64,000 bases of DNA from a bacterium. GTDB taxonomy: Bacteria; SAR324; XYD2-FULL-50-16. The translations under genes were made by a program, and so were the position numbers. Shown piece after piece: positions 32,044 through 43,258 of the stretch; position 1 is the stretch's first letter, and the number at the start of each line of letters is the position of its first letter. Below the pieces are notes generated by a model that was not told the DNA's origin, searched no databases, and saw only the letters and a program-made list of their open reading frames with translations. Location of the stretch: contig JAVVEA010000004.1 of assembly GCA_032250835.1 (NCBI GenBank), forward strand, positions 96,001-160,000, written 5' to 3'.

Positions 32044-32375
32044 TGCAAGGTGACTGGACCTACCATAAAAAGTACTAGTCCAAGTCGGTCAGGTCCTTTA
32101 TATCATTCCGAGGGCTTGGGGTATGACTATCGGGGGCAAGCTACCTGAAATTACCGTAAAAATCAAAGCACTTTTTGGTGACGTTCCCTGCTGGTATAGG
32201 GATTTTGTCGCCTAAAAGTCGCCTGCTGCACGCCTGAAGACCGCTAAAAGCCTATTTTTCCATCTTTAAAGTTGATTGATCCGATCAAGATTTCATACTA
32301 TATGATTTCTTCAGGAAGAGGTCCAGAACAAGAAGGCTTTTGGTTATTTCCTTTCTGTACATCTAACGAACCTAT

Positions 32376-33794
32376 GTGATGCGACTCAATCCTACGTTGG
32401 CCGTCTTTCAAGCCCTTTTTTTGGCCCTCTTTTCTCTGCTTATATTGAGCCTAGACCCCAGTGAATTATGGGTTGGGGGTCTGTTGGCTTTATTGGCAGG
32501 GGCCGGAATTTTTGGGGCCGCTCGTCTGGGCGCACAGCCGCAACGGGCCCAGGTCCAGGCCGAAGCAAGCTCCGCAGCTCCGGACTGGGTAGAGGAGGTG
32601 GACGAAAAACGCCGGATGATATTGTTGGCTGGGGACATTTTTTCGATCAACCAAGAACACCTCAACCGGGGGATCACCCGCCTCAGCAGCACCAGCAACC
32701 AAACCCATGATGCCGTTTCGGCCATTGCCGGGGCTTTGGCGCAGCTACGCCAAGGCTCCCAAAGCCTTTCAGAAAAGCTCAAGCAGATCAGCCAAGAATC
32801 TCAGGCCGCCCGTCAAGCCAGCGAAGCGGTGGGCCAGGCTATTGAAGAGAGCAACCAAAGGATGGCGGTCATCGCCCAGACTAGCGTAGAAATCGCTAAG
32901 ATCGTCGACACCATCGGGGCCATCGCCAATCAGACCAACCTCCTTAGCCTCAATGCCGCCATTGAAGCGGCCAAAGCGGGCGAGCAGGGGCGCGGTTTTT
33001 CGGTGGTGGCCGAAGAGGTGCGTAAATTAGCGACCCGAAGCAACCAGGCGGCAGGCGAGATCCGAAACCTAATCGAGCGCTCTACCCAAGGGGTTGAGTC
33101 CGGCGTGGCTACCATTGGCCGCTTGCGTGAAGGGCTCGCCCCGATCTTTAGCCAACTGGGCCACTTGGCTCAAGATATGGTCCAGATAGACCGGGAATTG
33201 ACCGAACAAGATCAGGCGATCCAAGAGATCCACCTCAGCAGCGAGAGCCTCAACCAGACCGCGAAGCTCAACCATAGTTACTTAAACGAACTTAGCCAGT
33301 CCGCATCGGCCTCTAGTGAAGGGGTGGCCTTGCTCGAAAAGATAGAGGCCTGCTTGAATCCCTTGGTACCCCAAGAGGTCCGAGAAAAGCGTCATTTCCC
33401 TTGGCAGTCCGGTTATTCGATTGGTTTAAAAACCATAGACCGGCAGCATCGGGTCTTGGTTGACTTGATTGATCTTTTGATTGCCGAAAAAAACCGGGAC
33501 CGCGAGAAATCAATCGAGATGGAAGCGATCATGACCGCGCTGCTCAATTACTGCCAAGCGCATTTTGCCTTTGAAGAAGCGGTGATGAACCGGATCGATT
33601 ACCCGGTACAGCGGGACCATAAAGCAATCCATGATCAGTTCTTAGAAGTGGCCTCCAATAAATCCGAAGGGCTCTATCGAGGCCAAACCCACCTGCCAGA
33701 AATTATTGATATTTTAGAAGATTGGCTGATCAAACATATCCAGAAAGAAGACGTCAAATATGTCGCTGCCTTCCGTAACGGGGGCGTCGAATAG
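32376..33794 (+). CDS. MCP fused to a C-terminal bacteriohemerythrin
   Basis: [17 protein letters not shown] signalling domain; IDRQH, HFAFEE, HKAIH and HIQKED hemerythrin ligands. Confidence 0.92.
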   Translation: MMRLNPTLAVFQALFLALFSLLILSLDPSELWVGGLLALLAGAGIFGAARLGAQPQRAQVQAEASSAAPDWVEEVDEKRRMILLAGDIFSINQEHLNRGITRLSSTSNQTHDAVSAIAGALAQLRQGSQSLSEKLKQISQESQAARQASEAVGQAIEESNQRMAVIAQTSVEIAKIVDTIGAIANQTNLLSLNAAIEAAKAGEQGRGFSVVAEEVRKLATRSNQAAGEIRNLIERSTQGVESGVATIGRLREGLAPIFSQLGHLAQDMVQIDRELTEQDQAIQEIHLSSESLNQTAKLNHSYLNELSQSASASSEGVALLEKIEACLNPLVPQEVREKRHFPWQSGYSIGLKTIDRQHRVLVDLIDLLIAEKNRDREKSIEMEAIMTALLNYCQAHFAFEEAVMNRIDYPVQRDHKAIHDQFLEVASNKSEGLYRGQTHLPEIIDILEDWLIKHIQKEDVKYVAAFRNGGVE

Positions 33795-33831
33795 TACGGC
33801 CCTTTGGCTGGTAGATAGGCTGGGGTGTTTT

Positions 33832-33869
33832 AAAAAACCCGACAGTCCCTAGGGGCTGTCGGGTTTTTT
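33832..33869. terminator. Bidirectional intrinsic terminator
   Basis: aaaaaacccgacagtccc-ta-ggggctgtcgggtttttt between convergent genes. Confidence 0.85.
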
Positions 33870-33872
33870 GAT

Positions 33873-35177
<1,305 letters not shown>

Positions 35178-35954
35178 TTAAAAGCGATAAAAGCCAGTGA
35201 AGTTGAGCATGGTACCGGTGAATTCCAGGCTGGTGCTGGAGCCGTTACCTTGATTGAAGGGGTCATTACTGGTGGTCGCGTCGGGGATCGTGACGTTGCG
35301 CAGCTCTAAGACCATCCCGCCCCTGGGGGTGAACATTACATTGGTGCCGAAGGTGTTGAAGTGGGCTAAGCCTAGAAAGCTGGTCCGGCTGCGGTTGCCG
35401 CTGGTGTCTACGGAACTAAAGTCCCCGTTGAGCGCGCCGATGCCCATGCCTAAAAAGGGCTGGATTCGGTCTTCGGTGACACTGCGGAAGAACACCCGGG
35501 CGTTGACGGTGAACAGGTTAGCGCTCATCTCCACGCTAGAAGCAGCCACCGAACCTTGGCCCGCTAAGACGTCTTCACTCGTAGACGCGAAGTTGGCCCA
35601 CTCTAGGCCCCAGGCCCACCCGCCGACGTAGTTCAAGACTTCAATCGGCGTGATGCGCAAGTAGTTGAGGTTCGCGAAGAAGCTTGAAGGCGCGGCACCT
35701 TTATCAAAGGCGCTTTCGCCGGTAAACTGGGCGTAAGGATGGCGGCTATAGCCATAGTTGACCATCCCGCTGGAGACTTGATGGTAAGCGTCTTTGACGA
35801 AGTTGGGGTCCACCGCCACCCGGCTGATGTTGATCCCTTGAGCCGCTGGGTCGTTGGCCAACACCGGAGGCGCGTCCACATATTCTTGTGCCCAGAGGGG
35901 TGCGGTAAACAAACAACCCAGCAAGGCCAGCATCCAGCTTAAATGCCGCAACAT
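35178..35954 (-). CDS. Outer membrane beta-barrel-like protein
   Basis: Signal peptide, QPFLGMGIG strand, C-terminal YRF. Confidence 0.7.
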   Translation of the reverse strand: MLRHLSWMLALLGCLFTAPLWAQEYVDAPPVLANDPAAQGINISRVAVDPNFVKDAYHQVSSGMVNYGYSRHPYAQFTGESAFDKGAAPSSFFANLNYLRITPIEVLNYVGGWAWGLEWANFASTSEDVLAGQGSVAASSVEMSANLFTVNARVFFRSVTEDRIQPFLGMGIGALNGDFSSVDTSGNRSRTSFLGLAHFNTFGTNVMFTPRGGMVLELRNVTIPDATTSNDPFNQGNGSSTSLEFTGTMLNFTGFYRF

Positions 35955-35957
35955 GGC

Positions 35958-36581
35958 TTACTCCAAAAACTTACCAATCCGCTCAAGGCGATAGCCCTCA
36001 AAGAGGCTCTTGTCTGAATGGTGGGACCAATAAATGACCACTCCCTTTCCCGCGACGGTGCTTTCGTCCACAAAACCCCAATAGCGAGAATCGCGAGAGT
36101 TGCGGCGGTTGTCGCCCATCACCCATATCTTGCCTTGGGGCACCACGAATTCGCGGTTCATGGGCAGGCCGATCAGGTCGGGGTCGTAGTAGGTAAAAGA
36201 GGCTTCTTCTAGCTCGCCATTGACGTAGACTTTTTCCCCTTCAAGCTTGACCCGGTCACCGCCGACGGCGATAGCGCGTTTGATGAAGTCCGTGCTGGGG
36301 TCTTCTGGGTAAGGGAAGACGATGATGTCATGGCGCTTAACGGGGCTGGTGGCCAGCGTGATGTCCGTTAGGGGAACTACATAGCCATAGGCGTGTTTGT
36401 TCACAAAAATATGGTCACCAATCTCGATGGTATGGATCATCGAGCCCGTGGGCACTCGGTAGGGGGCGTAAAGCCAGGTACGGAACACAAAAGCCACCAC
36501 GGCGGCGAAAAGCAACGCCTCGGTCCATTCGCGGATGGTCTTGTTCTTAATGAACCGTTCCAGATTGATAATCTTTCTCAT
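35958..36581 (-). CDS. lepB: Signal peptidase I
   Basis: PTGSM, FIKR and MGDNRRNSRDSRYWG motifs. Confidence 0.95.
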   Translation of the reverse strand: MRKIINLERFIKNKTIREWTEALLFAAVVAFVFRTWLYAPYRVPTGSMIHTIEIGDHIFVNKHAYGYVVPLTDITLATSPVKRHDIIVFPYPEDPSTDFIKRAIAVGGDRVKLEGEKVYVNGELEEASFTYYDPDLIGLPMNREFVVPQGKIWVMGDNRRNSRDSRYWGFVDESTVAGKGVVIYWSHHSDKSLFEGYRLERIGKFLE

Positions 36582-36651
36582 GTAGTTCTGGATAGGATGT
36601 TTGGGTCGAGTTTAAGGTTTAGTTTATTTGCCGGGCAAATACAAGCATTCC

Positions 36652-38217
36652 CTAAGGCCGCTTCCCACGCGCCCGCAGCAATCCCCAGGTTTCCTTTAAC
36701 TCTGAACTTTTGAGCAAAACCATCAGGACCAAATATTGCCCCACCGCCACCAAAGAAAGGGCCAAAAAGCCCAAGACCAGCGGCCAACTGGCCACCAATG
36801 GCAAGAGCTGGACCAGTGTCCAGTAGATCAAAACCGAAGCCCCCAGGCTGCGCGCTAGACTCAAGCCAAAGGCGCGGTCCAGCAGCCCGGTGACCTTAAG
36901 CCGCTTGGAGAAGACCCAAAGCAGCAAGAGGTTTAGCCCCTGGGAAGCGCTCGAAGCCAAGGCGATGCCTAAGTGCCCCATAGACCGAGAAAGCCACAGG
37001 GCCCCGCCTAGATTAGCGAGCATCACGGCCAATGAGATCCAGACGGTGATCTGGATGCGCCGCGCCGACTGATAAACCGCCAAAAAGACCCGGTTGTAGG
37101 CAATGAAGCTTAAGCCCGCAATGTGAAAGACCAGCGCCCCGGCGGTCATGTCAAGGGAGCGTTGGTCGAACTGCCCGCGCAGGAACAATAGCTCGACCAT
37201 CGGGGCGGCCAGTGCCAAGGTCAAGGCGGTGACCGGGAAGGTCACAAAGGAGATCACGCTTAAAGTACGGCGCACCGAATAGACGACTTTGCCGGGTTCC
37301 TCGTCGATGAAGTGGCCCGAGAGCCGCGGCAGGATCACGGTGGTGATGCTGACCACAAAGACGCCTAAGACCAACTCTAGCAAGCGGTTCGAGAAGGTCA
37401 GCGAAGATAAAGCCCCTTCACCGAGCGTCGTGGCGATTAGGTTGCTGATCAAAATATTGATCTGGTAGATGCCCACCCCAAAAAGGGTCGGCAAAATCAG
37501 CCGGAAGACCTCTTTGATTTTGGGGTCGTACAGCCCGGCCTTAAAGAGCCGGAACCCGGCGCGGTGCAGATAAGGCAACTGAAAGGCCAACTGCAAACAG
37601 CCACCCAGCATCACCCCGATGGCAAAAGGCAGGGCCGGGTTTTCGAACCAACCCTGCATCCCCAAAGCCGCGCCCAAGATGGCTAAATTCAGCAAAACCG
37701 GCGTGAGAGCCGAGACCCAAAAGGTCCCCAGGCTGTTTAAGACGCCCTGGGCCACCGCCGCTAGGCTGATTAAGATCATGTAACCAAACATGACCTGGGT
37801 CAAAAACACCGTCGCTTCAAGGGCCTCACCAGAAAAACCCGAAGCAAAAACCTGGGCGACCAGAAAGTCGGCCTGCCAAATAAACAGCAGGGTCAGCAGC
37901 GTCAAAATCAGCGCCAAAATCCAAAAGAAACTACGGGCAAAATCCAAGGCCCGTGCTCGGCTGTCCTTTTTGTCGGCTTCACAAAAGACGGGGATGAAGG
38001 CGTTGGACATGGCCCCTTCGGCGGTCAAACGACGGAACAGGTTGGGCAGCGAAAAGGCTAGGCTGAAGGCGTCTGAATAGAGGCTGGTGCCCAATAGGGC
38101 CGCCCGCACCATCTCACGCAGCAAGCCTAAGACTCGGCTGAGCAGGGTGATGGAGCTAACGCCCAAAATGGAGCGGAGCAGTGATTTGGGCCCGGTGGAC
38201 TTAGGACTCATGGGCAT
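36652..38217 (-). CDS. murJ: Lipid II flippase MurJ/MviN
   Basis: SRVLGLLRE, PNLFRRLTAEGA and AFIPVF motifs; polytopic membrane protein. Confidence 0.95.
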   Translation of the reverse strand: MPMSPKSTGPKSLLRSILGVSSITLLSRVLGLLREMVRAALLGTSLYSDAFSLAFSLPNLFRRLTAEGAMSNAFIPVFCEADKKDSRARALDFARSFFWILALILTLLTLLFIWQADFLVAQVFASGFSGEALEATVFLTQVMFGYMILISLAAVAQGVLNSLGTFWVSALTPVLLNLAILGAALGMQGWFENPALPFAIGVMLGGCLQLAFQLPYLHRAGFRLFKAGLYDPKIKEVFRLILPTLFGVGIYQINILISNLIATTLGEGALSSLTFSNRLLELVLGVFVVSITTVILPRLSGHFIDEEPGKVVYSVRRTLSVISFVTFPVTALTLALAAPMVELLFLRGQFDQRSLDMTAGALVFHIAGLSFIAYNRVFLAVYQSARRIQITVWISLAVMLANLGGALWLSRSMGHLGIALASSASQGLNLLLLWVFSKRLKVTGLLDRAFGLSLARSLGASVLIYWTLVQLLPLVASWPLVLGFLALSLVAVGQYLVLMVLLKSSELKETWGLLRARGKRP

Positions 38218-38330
38218 AAAATTCAGTTGAGGTTACTTCGCCGAAGGTAACGGTTCCCCAAGGGATTGACCAGCCATCACCGAAAAAAAGATGGGTCTTT
38301 AGGGGGCAACCCCTTGCCAAGGCGTCGAAA

Positions 38331-38346
38331 TGGTACGATTCTTTCT
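38331..38346 (+). promoter_or_regulatory. Possible sigma-54 promoter of flhF (imperfect -12)
   Basis: TGGTACG-ATTC-TTTC versus consensus TGGCACG-N4-TTGC, ~40 nt before the ATG. Confidence 0.35.
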
Positions 38347-38385
38347 TTACCTACCGGGCTTGAACCGATTTCCCCTTGGTCAAAG

Positions 38386-39705
38386 ATGCAGGTAAAAAAA
38401 TACATCGCCAACGACATGCAAGAAGCGGTGCGGATGATCAAAGACGATCTCGGCAGCAAAGCCGTGATTCTTTCGACCCGCAAAGTCCGCAAAGGCTCTG
38501 GTGCCTTTGGGCTCTTCGGCAAATATGTCTTGGAAGTCACCGCTGCCAAGGACGAGAAGTCCCCTAGTTCGCAGGCCGCCCCGGCCCGATTGAGCGGACT
38601 GATCGAAAAACAGCGCCAAGCCGCACCCGCCTATGAACGCGAGATGCAGGCTAACTCGCCCGAGCCCCGGAGGGAACCTATGCGCGCCACTTCTGCCCCG
38701 GCCTATTCGGGCCTACAAGACGACATCGGAGAACTCAAAGATTTGGTCCTGGAGTTGCGCAAGGGTTCGCGCCGCGAGGCCAACTCCGAAGGCACCGTCA
38801 GCCATCTGCGCTACGAGATCCACGAGCTGAAACAGCTGGTCAACCAGTTGGTTTCTCAGTCCGGCGAACTGCGCAAAGAGGACCTGCACGAAAACCTAAT
38901 CGCTCTATACCAGCAGCTGTGTTTTAACGGCGTCGAAGAAAAATTTGGCCGTAAGCTCTGTGAAGAGGTCCAAAAGAAGATCCCCCGCGAAGAAATCGAA
39001 AACTTCTCTTATGTAAAGATATACCTAGCGCGGATGTTCATGCAGGTGCTGCGGATTGAACCGGCGCCGACTAAAAAAGAATCTAAGTTTAGCCCCAAGG
39101 TGCTCACCTTCTTAGGCCCCACTGGCGTGGGCAAGACCACCACCTTAGCCAAAATCGCCAGTGCCGAGAAGATGAAAAACCCGAAAATCAAGATCGGGCT
39201 GATCACCATCGACACCTACCGGATTGCTGCGGTGGCGCAGCTGCAAGAATATGCGCGGATCATCAAGGTCCCCTGTAAGGTCGTCGCCGAGCCCGAACAA
39301 TTAGAAGAGGTGCTTAAGGAATTCCGGGATATGGATTTGATCCTGATCGATTCGGCGGGACGCAGCCAACGCGACGAGATGCAAATGACCGAACTGCGCG
39401 ACTTTTTTAAAGCCTACGACGAGTTTAAGAACATCTTAGTCTTGAGCGCGACCACCAAGGACTCAGACCTGATCGAGATCACCAAGCGGTTCTCCACGGT
39501 GCCCTTGTCTGGCGTGTTGTTCACCAAGCTAGATGAGTCCACCAACTACGGCTCTATTTTTAACCATGCGATCCGCTTTAAGTTGCCCTTGACCTACCTG
39601 ACGACCGGTCAAAATGTGCCTGACGACATCGAACAGGCGAGCCGAGAGCGGTTGATCGATCTGTTGCTGAATATCTCCGGCGAGGTCCCCGAGCCCGCCA
39701 GTTAA
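38386..39705 (+). CDS. flhF: Flagellar biosynthesis GTPase FlhF
   Basis: MQVKKYIANDMQEA start, GPTGVGKTTT, DTYRIAA, TKLDE and GQNVPDDI motifs. Confidence 0.95.
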   Translation: MQVKKYIANDMQEAVRMIKDDLGSKAVILSTRKVRKGSGAFGLFGKYVLEVTAAKDEKSPSSQAAPARLSGLIEKQRQAAPAYEREMQANSPEPRREPMRATSAPAYSGLQDDIGELKDLVLELRKGSRREANSEGTVSHLRYEIHELKQLVNQLVSQSGELRKEDLHENLIALYQQLCFNGVEEKFGRKLCEEVQKKIPREEIENFSYVKIYLARMFMQVLRIEPAPTKKESKFSPKVLTFLGPTGVGKTTTLAKIASAEKMKNPKIKIGLITIDTYRIAAVAQLQEYARIIKVPCKVVAEPEQLEEVLKEFRDMDLILIDSAGRSQRDEMQMTELRDFFKAYDEFKNILVLSATTKDSDLIEITKRFSTVPLSGVLFTKLDESTNYGSIFNHAIRFKLPLTYLTTGQNVPDDIEQASRERLIDLLLNISGEVPEPAS

Positions 39706-39781
39706 AGATGAGGATTGATTTTTTGAAGACCTCCGAGTCTAATAGGGCCATGAATTACCGGTTCCACCTTTTGGGCAACAT

Positions 39782-40654
39782 ATGAGAGACCAGGCCGCAA
39801 ATTTAAGGGAACAATTTAAGGAACCTACCCCCCAGAAGGTTAGCGGGCAGGGCCTTCGTTCCTTGAGCTTTACCAGCGGCAAGGGCGGCGTGGGCAAAAG
39901 TAACATTGTGGTCAACCTTTCGGTACAGCTGGCCAAGATGGGCAAGAAGGTCCTGCTGCTCGACGCAGACTTAGGGCTCGCCAACATCGACATCATGCTC
40001 AATCTGGTGCCTCAGTTCACCATTGAAGACGTCTTGACCGGCAAAAAGAACGTCAATGAGGTGATCATGACCGGCCCCGAGGGTGTGCATATCTTGCCCG
40101 CTTCCAGCGGCATCACCGAAATGAGCGAATTGACCGGCGACCAGCAACTATCGCTGATCCAAGAGTTGAGCCGCCTCAAAGACGCCTACGACTATATCTT
40201 GATCGACACCGGCGCGGGCATTGCCAGTTCGGTCTTGCGCTTTAATGCCGCCGCCGACGAAGTCTGTGTGGTGACCAACACCGAACCGACCTCCATGACC
40301 GATGCGTACGCCTTGATGAAGATCATGGCGACTAAGTACCAGATCAAGCGTTTTAACTTGATCGTCAATTCGGCGCGGGGCATGGACGAGGCCAAACAGG
40401 TTCACCGGAAGTTAGAGACCGTGTTCAATCAGTTTTTGCCCGTTGAATTGGTTCTGACCGGTTTTATCCCCCGTGACCCCAATATTTCTAAGGCCGTGCG
40501 GGCCCAGACTCCCCTCTCGGTGCTTTACCCCAACAGCCCGACCGCCAAGGCCTTTTACCTGCTGGCAAAGCATTTAGACGCCAACCCCGGCAAAGAAGCC
40601 AACCTAGACCGGCCCAACTTCTTCCAGCGCTTAGGGCTCTGGAACAAGCGCTAA
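39782..40654 (+). CDS. flhG: MinD-like flagellar number regulator FlhG/FleN
   Basis: DQAANLR, SGKGGVGKS, DADLGLAN and EPTSMTDAY motifs. Confidence 0.93.
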   Translation: MRDQAANLREQFKEPTPQKVSGQGLRSLSFTSGKGGVGKSNIVVNLSVQLAKMGKKVLLLDADLGLANIDIMLNLVPQFTIEDVLTGKKNVNEVIMTGPEGVHILPASSGITEMSELTGDQQLSLIQELSRLKDAYDYILIDTGAGIASSVLRFNAAADEVCVVTNTEPTSMTDAYALMKIMATKYQIKRFNLIVNSARGMDEAKQVHRKLETVFNQFLPVELVLTGFIPRDPNISKAVRAQTPLSVLYPNSPTAKAFYLLAKHLDANPGKEANLDRPNFFQRLGLWNKR

Positions 40655-40659
40655 GCCGT

Positions 40660-40926
40660 TCACTTTTCTGCATTCTGATCTTTAGCGACCCTTGCCGCCG
40701 CTTGCACCTGGGCCAACCGTTCGAAGTATTTGGGGTGGTTGGTGCCCATGCACCGATCCCAAAAATTAAAATACAAACCATAGTTGCAGCGCCCAGCCCC
40801 AGGCGGCACCCCCGGCTAGGACCAAATACCGCACCAGCATGGATAAGCCATAACCCAAAAAACCAAGCCCAAATAACCGCCCAGGCTCAAGCCAGGGGGT
40901 AGGTTGTTATGGGTCGGCGACTCCAT
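40660..40926 (-). pseudogene. Sterol desaturase/fatty-acid hydroxylase family remnant (frameshift + large internal deletion)
   Basis: Manual translation: MESPT...GLV, a frameshift in a T6 run, then LGYGLSMLVRYLVLAGG, joined to CNYGLYFNFWDRCMGTNHPKY...*. The His-box core is absent. Confidence 0.7.
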
Positions 40927-40937
40927 GGGACTGGCCG

Positions 40938-41411
40938 TTAGTTGGGCGTAGTCAGTAACAAGGGGAGATCGATGCTGACCACTTCAGCGGGGTTTTCTAG
41001 GTTTTTCAGTTCCCCTTGCAGGCGGATGTCTAACATCGAAAGGTCGGCTTTGGCTTGGTTGATGGTTAGACGGAGGTGGCTGGGCAAAAAGTGCTGGCCC
41101 GCCCAGTTAGCGGAGACATCAAAGGAGCCTTGCGGGGCTAGAGCCTGTTGTTGGGTTTCGGCGGCTTGGGTAATCAAGGTTTCGGCCACTTTGAGGTCCA
41201 AATAACCTTGTGCGCCGTGAAGCCGTAGCCCAAGGGCCCGGTGCTGTCCAATCATTTGAGGGCCCACGAGGGCTTCTACTTTGGTGGGGCGGAAGTTGGC
41301 TGGTTCGCTGCGTCGTTCCGCTAAGCCCGGTTGACTGCCGCTGAGGCTAAAAAAAGCCCAACCAGCAAAGAGTATGATCAGGGCACCGATAACAGAATTT
41401 TTGGCTTTCAT
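40938..41411 (-). CDS. Hypothetical exported protein
   Basis: AGGAG RBS and N-terminal hydrophobic segment. Confidence 0.65.
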   Translation of the reverse strand: MKAKNSVIGALIILFAGWAFFSLSGSQPGLAERRSEPANFRPTKVEALVGPQMIGQHRALGLRLHGAQGYLDLKVAETLITQAAETQQQALAPQGSFDVSANWAGQHFLPSHLRLTINQAKADLSMLDIRLQGELKNLENPAEVVSIDLPLLLTTPN

Positions 41412-41634
41412 TTCTTCTCCTAGTAGGCCCCCGTTGTGTATAGTGATTGCTTGGGTAGATCGTAGGGGCTAAGGTATCTGAAACTACAGCTTACCGCAAA
41501 TAAAATGGGCTGCTATTTAGGTTAGTACCCTAGGTCCCTGTCCGTATGGCTCGGTTCTATTGAGCCCTAGCTGATTCGATTGTAGGCTCTACCCGCTTGC
41601 TTGGTCGGGGGTGCAATCCAAAGGGCTCAAGAAT

Positions 41635-41650
41635 GGGCATAGCGCTTGCT
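41635..41650 (+). promoter_or_regulatory. Sigma-54 (-24/-12) promoter of fliA
   Basis: GGGCATA-GCGC-TTGCT with exact GG-N10-GC spacing, 32 nt before ATG 41683. Confidence 0.6.
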
Positions 41651-41682
41651 TTGTCAAAGCGATCCTTCAACCTAAAAGGCCG

Positions 41683-42426
41683 ATGTACAACCCTTACGTT
41701 CAACAATCAAAGCCCAGCAAAGAAGACGTGGTCTTGGAATATGCCCCTATGGTCAAGCATATTGCCAACCGCCTCTCGGCCCGGCTGCCCGCTGGAATCC
41801 AGCGGGACGACCTGATCCAAGCAGGGATGATTGGGCTGTTGGAGGCGGCAGAAAAATTCGACGCCAGCCAGGGGAACCTCTTTAAGACCTACGCCGAGCA
41901 CCGCGTCAAAGGCGCTATGCTCGATGACTTACGCTCCAAGGACTGGATCCCCCGTTCGGTGCGCGATAATTCAGCCAAGCTGGAACGCGCCTTTAGTGCG
42001 CTACGGGGCAACAACATCGACCACCCCAACGACAAACAACTTTCCGAAGCCTTAGAGATCGCGCCGAAAGAACTGCCCGAGTTCCTCAACAAGGCCCGCC
42101 CGATCCCTTTGCTTAGCTTAGAGGGCTTAGCCAGCCACGGCACCGGCGAAGAAGAGGAGATGAACCCCCTAGACAGCCTCAGCGACCCCGACGCCATCGG
42201 TGCGGACGAAGGCTTGCTCGGGATGGAAATGAGCGAGTTGCTGCAAGAGGCAATCGAAAAGCTCCCGGAAAAAGAAAAGCTGGTCTTGGCGCTGTATTAC
42301 AACGAGGAGCTAAACCTCAAAGAGATCGGTGCCGTCTTAGACCTGACCGAATCCAGAGTCAGCCAACTGCGCACCAAAGCCATCGGCATGTTGCGCAGTT
42401 TGCTTAAAGAGAGCATGGAAGACTAG
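41683..42426 (+). CDS. fliA: RNA polymerase sigma-28 factor FliA
   Basis: DDLIQAGMIGL, RVKGAMLDDLR..DWIPRSVR and LKEIGAVLDLTESRVSQ motifs. Confidence 0.95.
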   Translation: MYNPYVQQSKPSKEDVVLEYAPMVKHIANRLSARLPAGIQRDDLIQAGMIGLLEAAEKFDASQGNLFKTYAEHRVKGAMLDDLRSKDWIPRSVRDNSAKLERAFSALRGNNIDHPNDKQLSEALEIAPKELPEFLNKARPIPLLSLEGLASHGTGEEEEMNPLDSLSDPDAIGADEGLLGMEMSELLQEAIEKLPEKEKLVLALYYNEELNLKEIGAVLDLTESRVSQLRTKAIGMLRSLLKESMED

Positions 42427-42440
42427 GACGGCCCCTCCGT

Positions 42441-42914
42441 CTAGGTCCCGGCGGCTTCTAATGCCGCCACATCCAGTTTCACCATCTTCAACATCGCCGC
42501 CATCACCGCTTCTTTGCGCTGTGGGTCTGCAAACAACTCGTTTAAGCGGCTCGGCACCACTTGCCAAGTAACGCCAAAGCGGTCGGTCAGCCAGCCGCAT
42601 TGTTGGGCCTGCCCACCTTCAAGCAACGTTTCCCAATAATAATCGACCTCCGCTTGGTCAGCGCAGTCGATCACCCACGAAATTGCAGAGGTAAATTGAA
42701 AGACATTACCGCCATTGAGGGCCATAAAAGGCTGGCCGTCCAATTCGAAGTCGATGCTCAGCACCGAGCCGGGCACACCGCCGGTGATCTCCTGTCCGGT
42801 TTTCGGGTAGTAGGTCGTTGCGAGGATGCGGGAGTTCTTAAAAAGACGACAATAAAACTCGGCGGCCTCGGCGGCTTGGTGGTCGAACCACAAACAGGGG
42901 GTTATTCGGTTCAT
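42441..42914 (-). CDS. VOC/PhnB-like protein
   Basis: ITPCLWFD, ALNGG and CGWLTDRFGVTWQ motifs. Confidence 0.92.
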   Translation of the reverse strand: MNRITPCLWFDHQAAEAAEFYCRLFKNSRILATTYYPKTGQEITGGVPGSVLSIDFELDGQPFMALNGGNVFQFTSAISWVIDCADQAEVDYYWETLLEGGQAQQCGWLTDRFGVTWQVVPSRLNELFADPQRKEAVMAAMLKMVKLDVAALEAAGT

Positions 42915-42979
42915 TTTGAAGCTCCTTCAAAGGGTTCTCTGTCAGTATAGAAAACCAGCAACCCAAAATCCACAATTGT

Positions 42980-43093
42980 TTAAAACTCCGCAAAGTAATC
43001 AAAAACCGCCAGGGCGTCTTTGTCACGGAGGCCCGCCTTGGTGGCCGCCTTGGCGCGTAGTTTGCGGTGGTGGGTTATGGCGAAGCGGTGGGC
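42980..43093 (-). repeat. Duplicated uvrC 3' end with a 114-bp internal deletion
   Basis: 42981-43024 matches 46681-46724 at 43/44, and 43029-43093 matches 46843-46907 at 63/65. Confidence 0.92.
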
Positions 43094-43239
43094 GGCAAGC
43101 GAGTCAAGAACCAAGTCGAACCGAAAGCAAACCTCTTGGAGCACCTGAAAAGCGCTCCAAAAGGAGTGCGAAAGTTCGGATTTTTTTAAAAATATTTTAT
43201 GGGGCGTGAATAGGGAAATTATACGCTGGCCGGAGTAAT
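43094..43239 (+). mobile_element. IS630-family-like remnant (transposase C-terminus + right end)
   Basis: Reverse-complement homolog of 46454-46599 (~82% identity over the 99-nt core). Decayed KRVKNQVEPKANLLEHLKS/AKVRIF...YGA* followed by ggccggagtaat. Confidence 0.65.
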
Positions 43240-43258
43240 GACCGGACCCTGCCGCAGC

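Noticed and set aside
32260-32290. Sigma-28-like TAAA...CCGAT upstream of the MCP-hemerythrin
   Set aside because: The spacer is 10 nt rather than ~15.
42916-43209. 97-aa plus-strand ORF
   Set aside because: It reads through the antisense uvrC duplicate and the IS remnant, so it is not a real gene.
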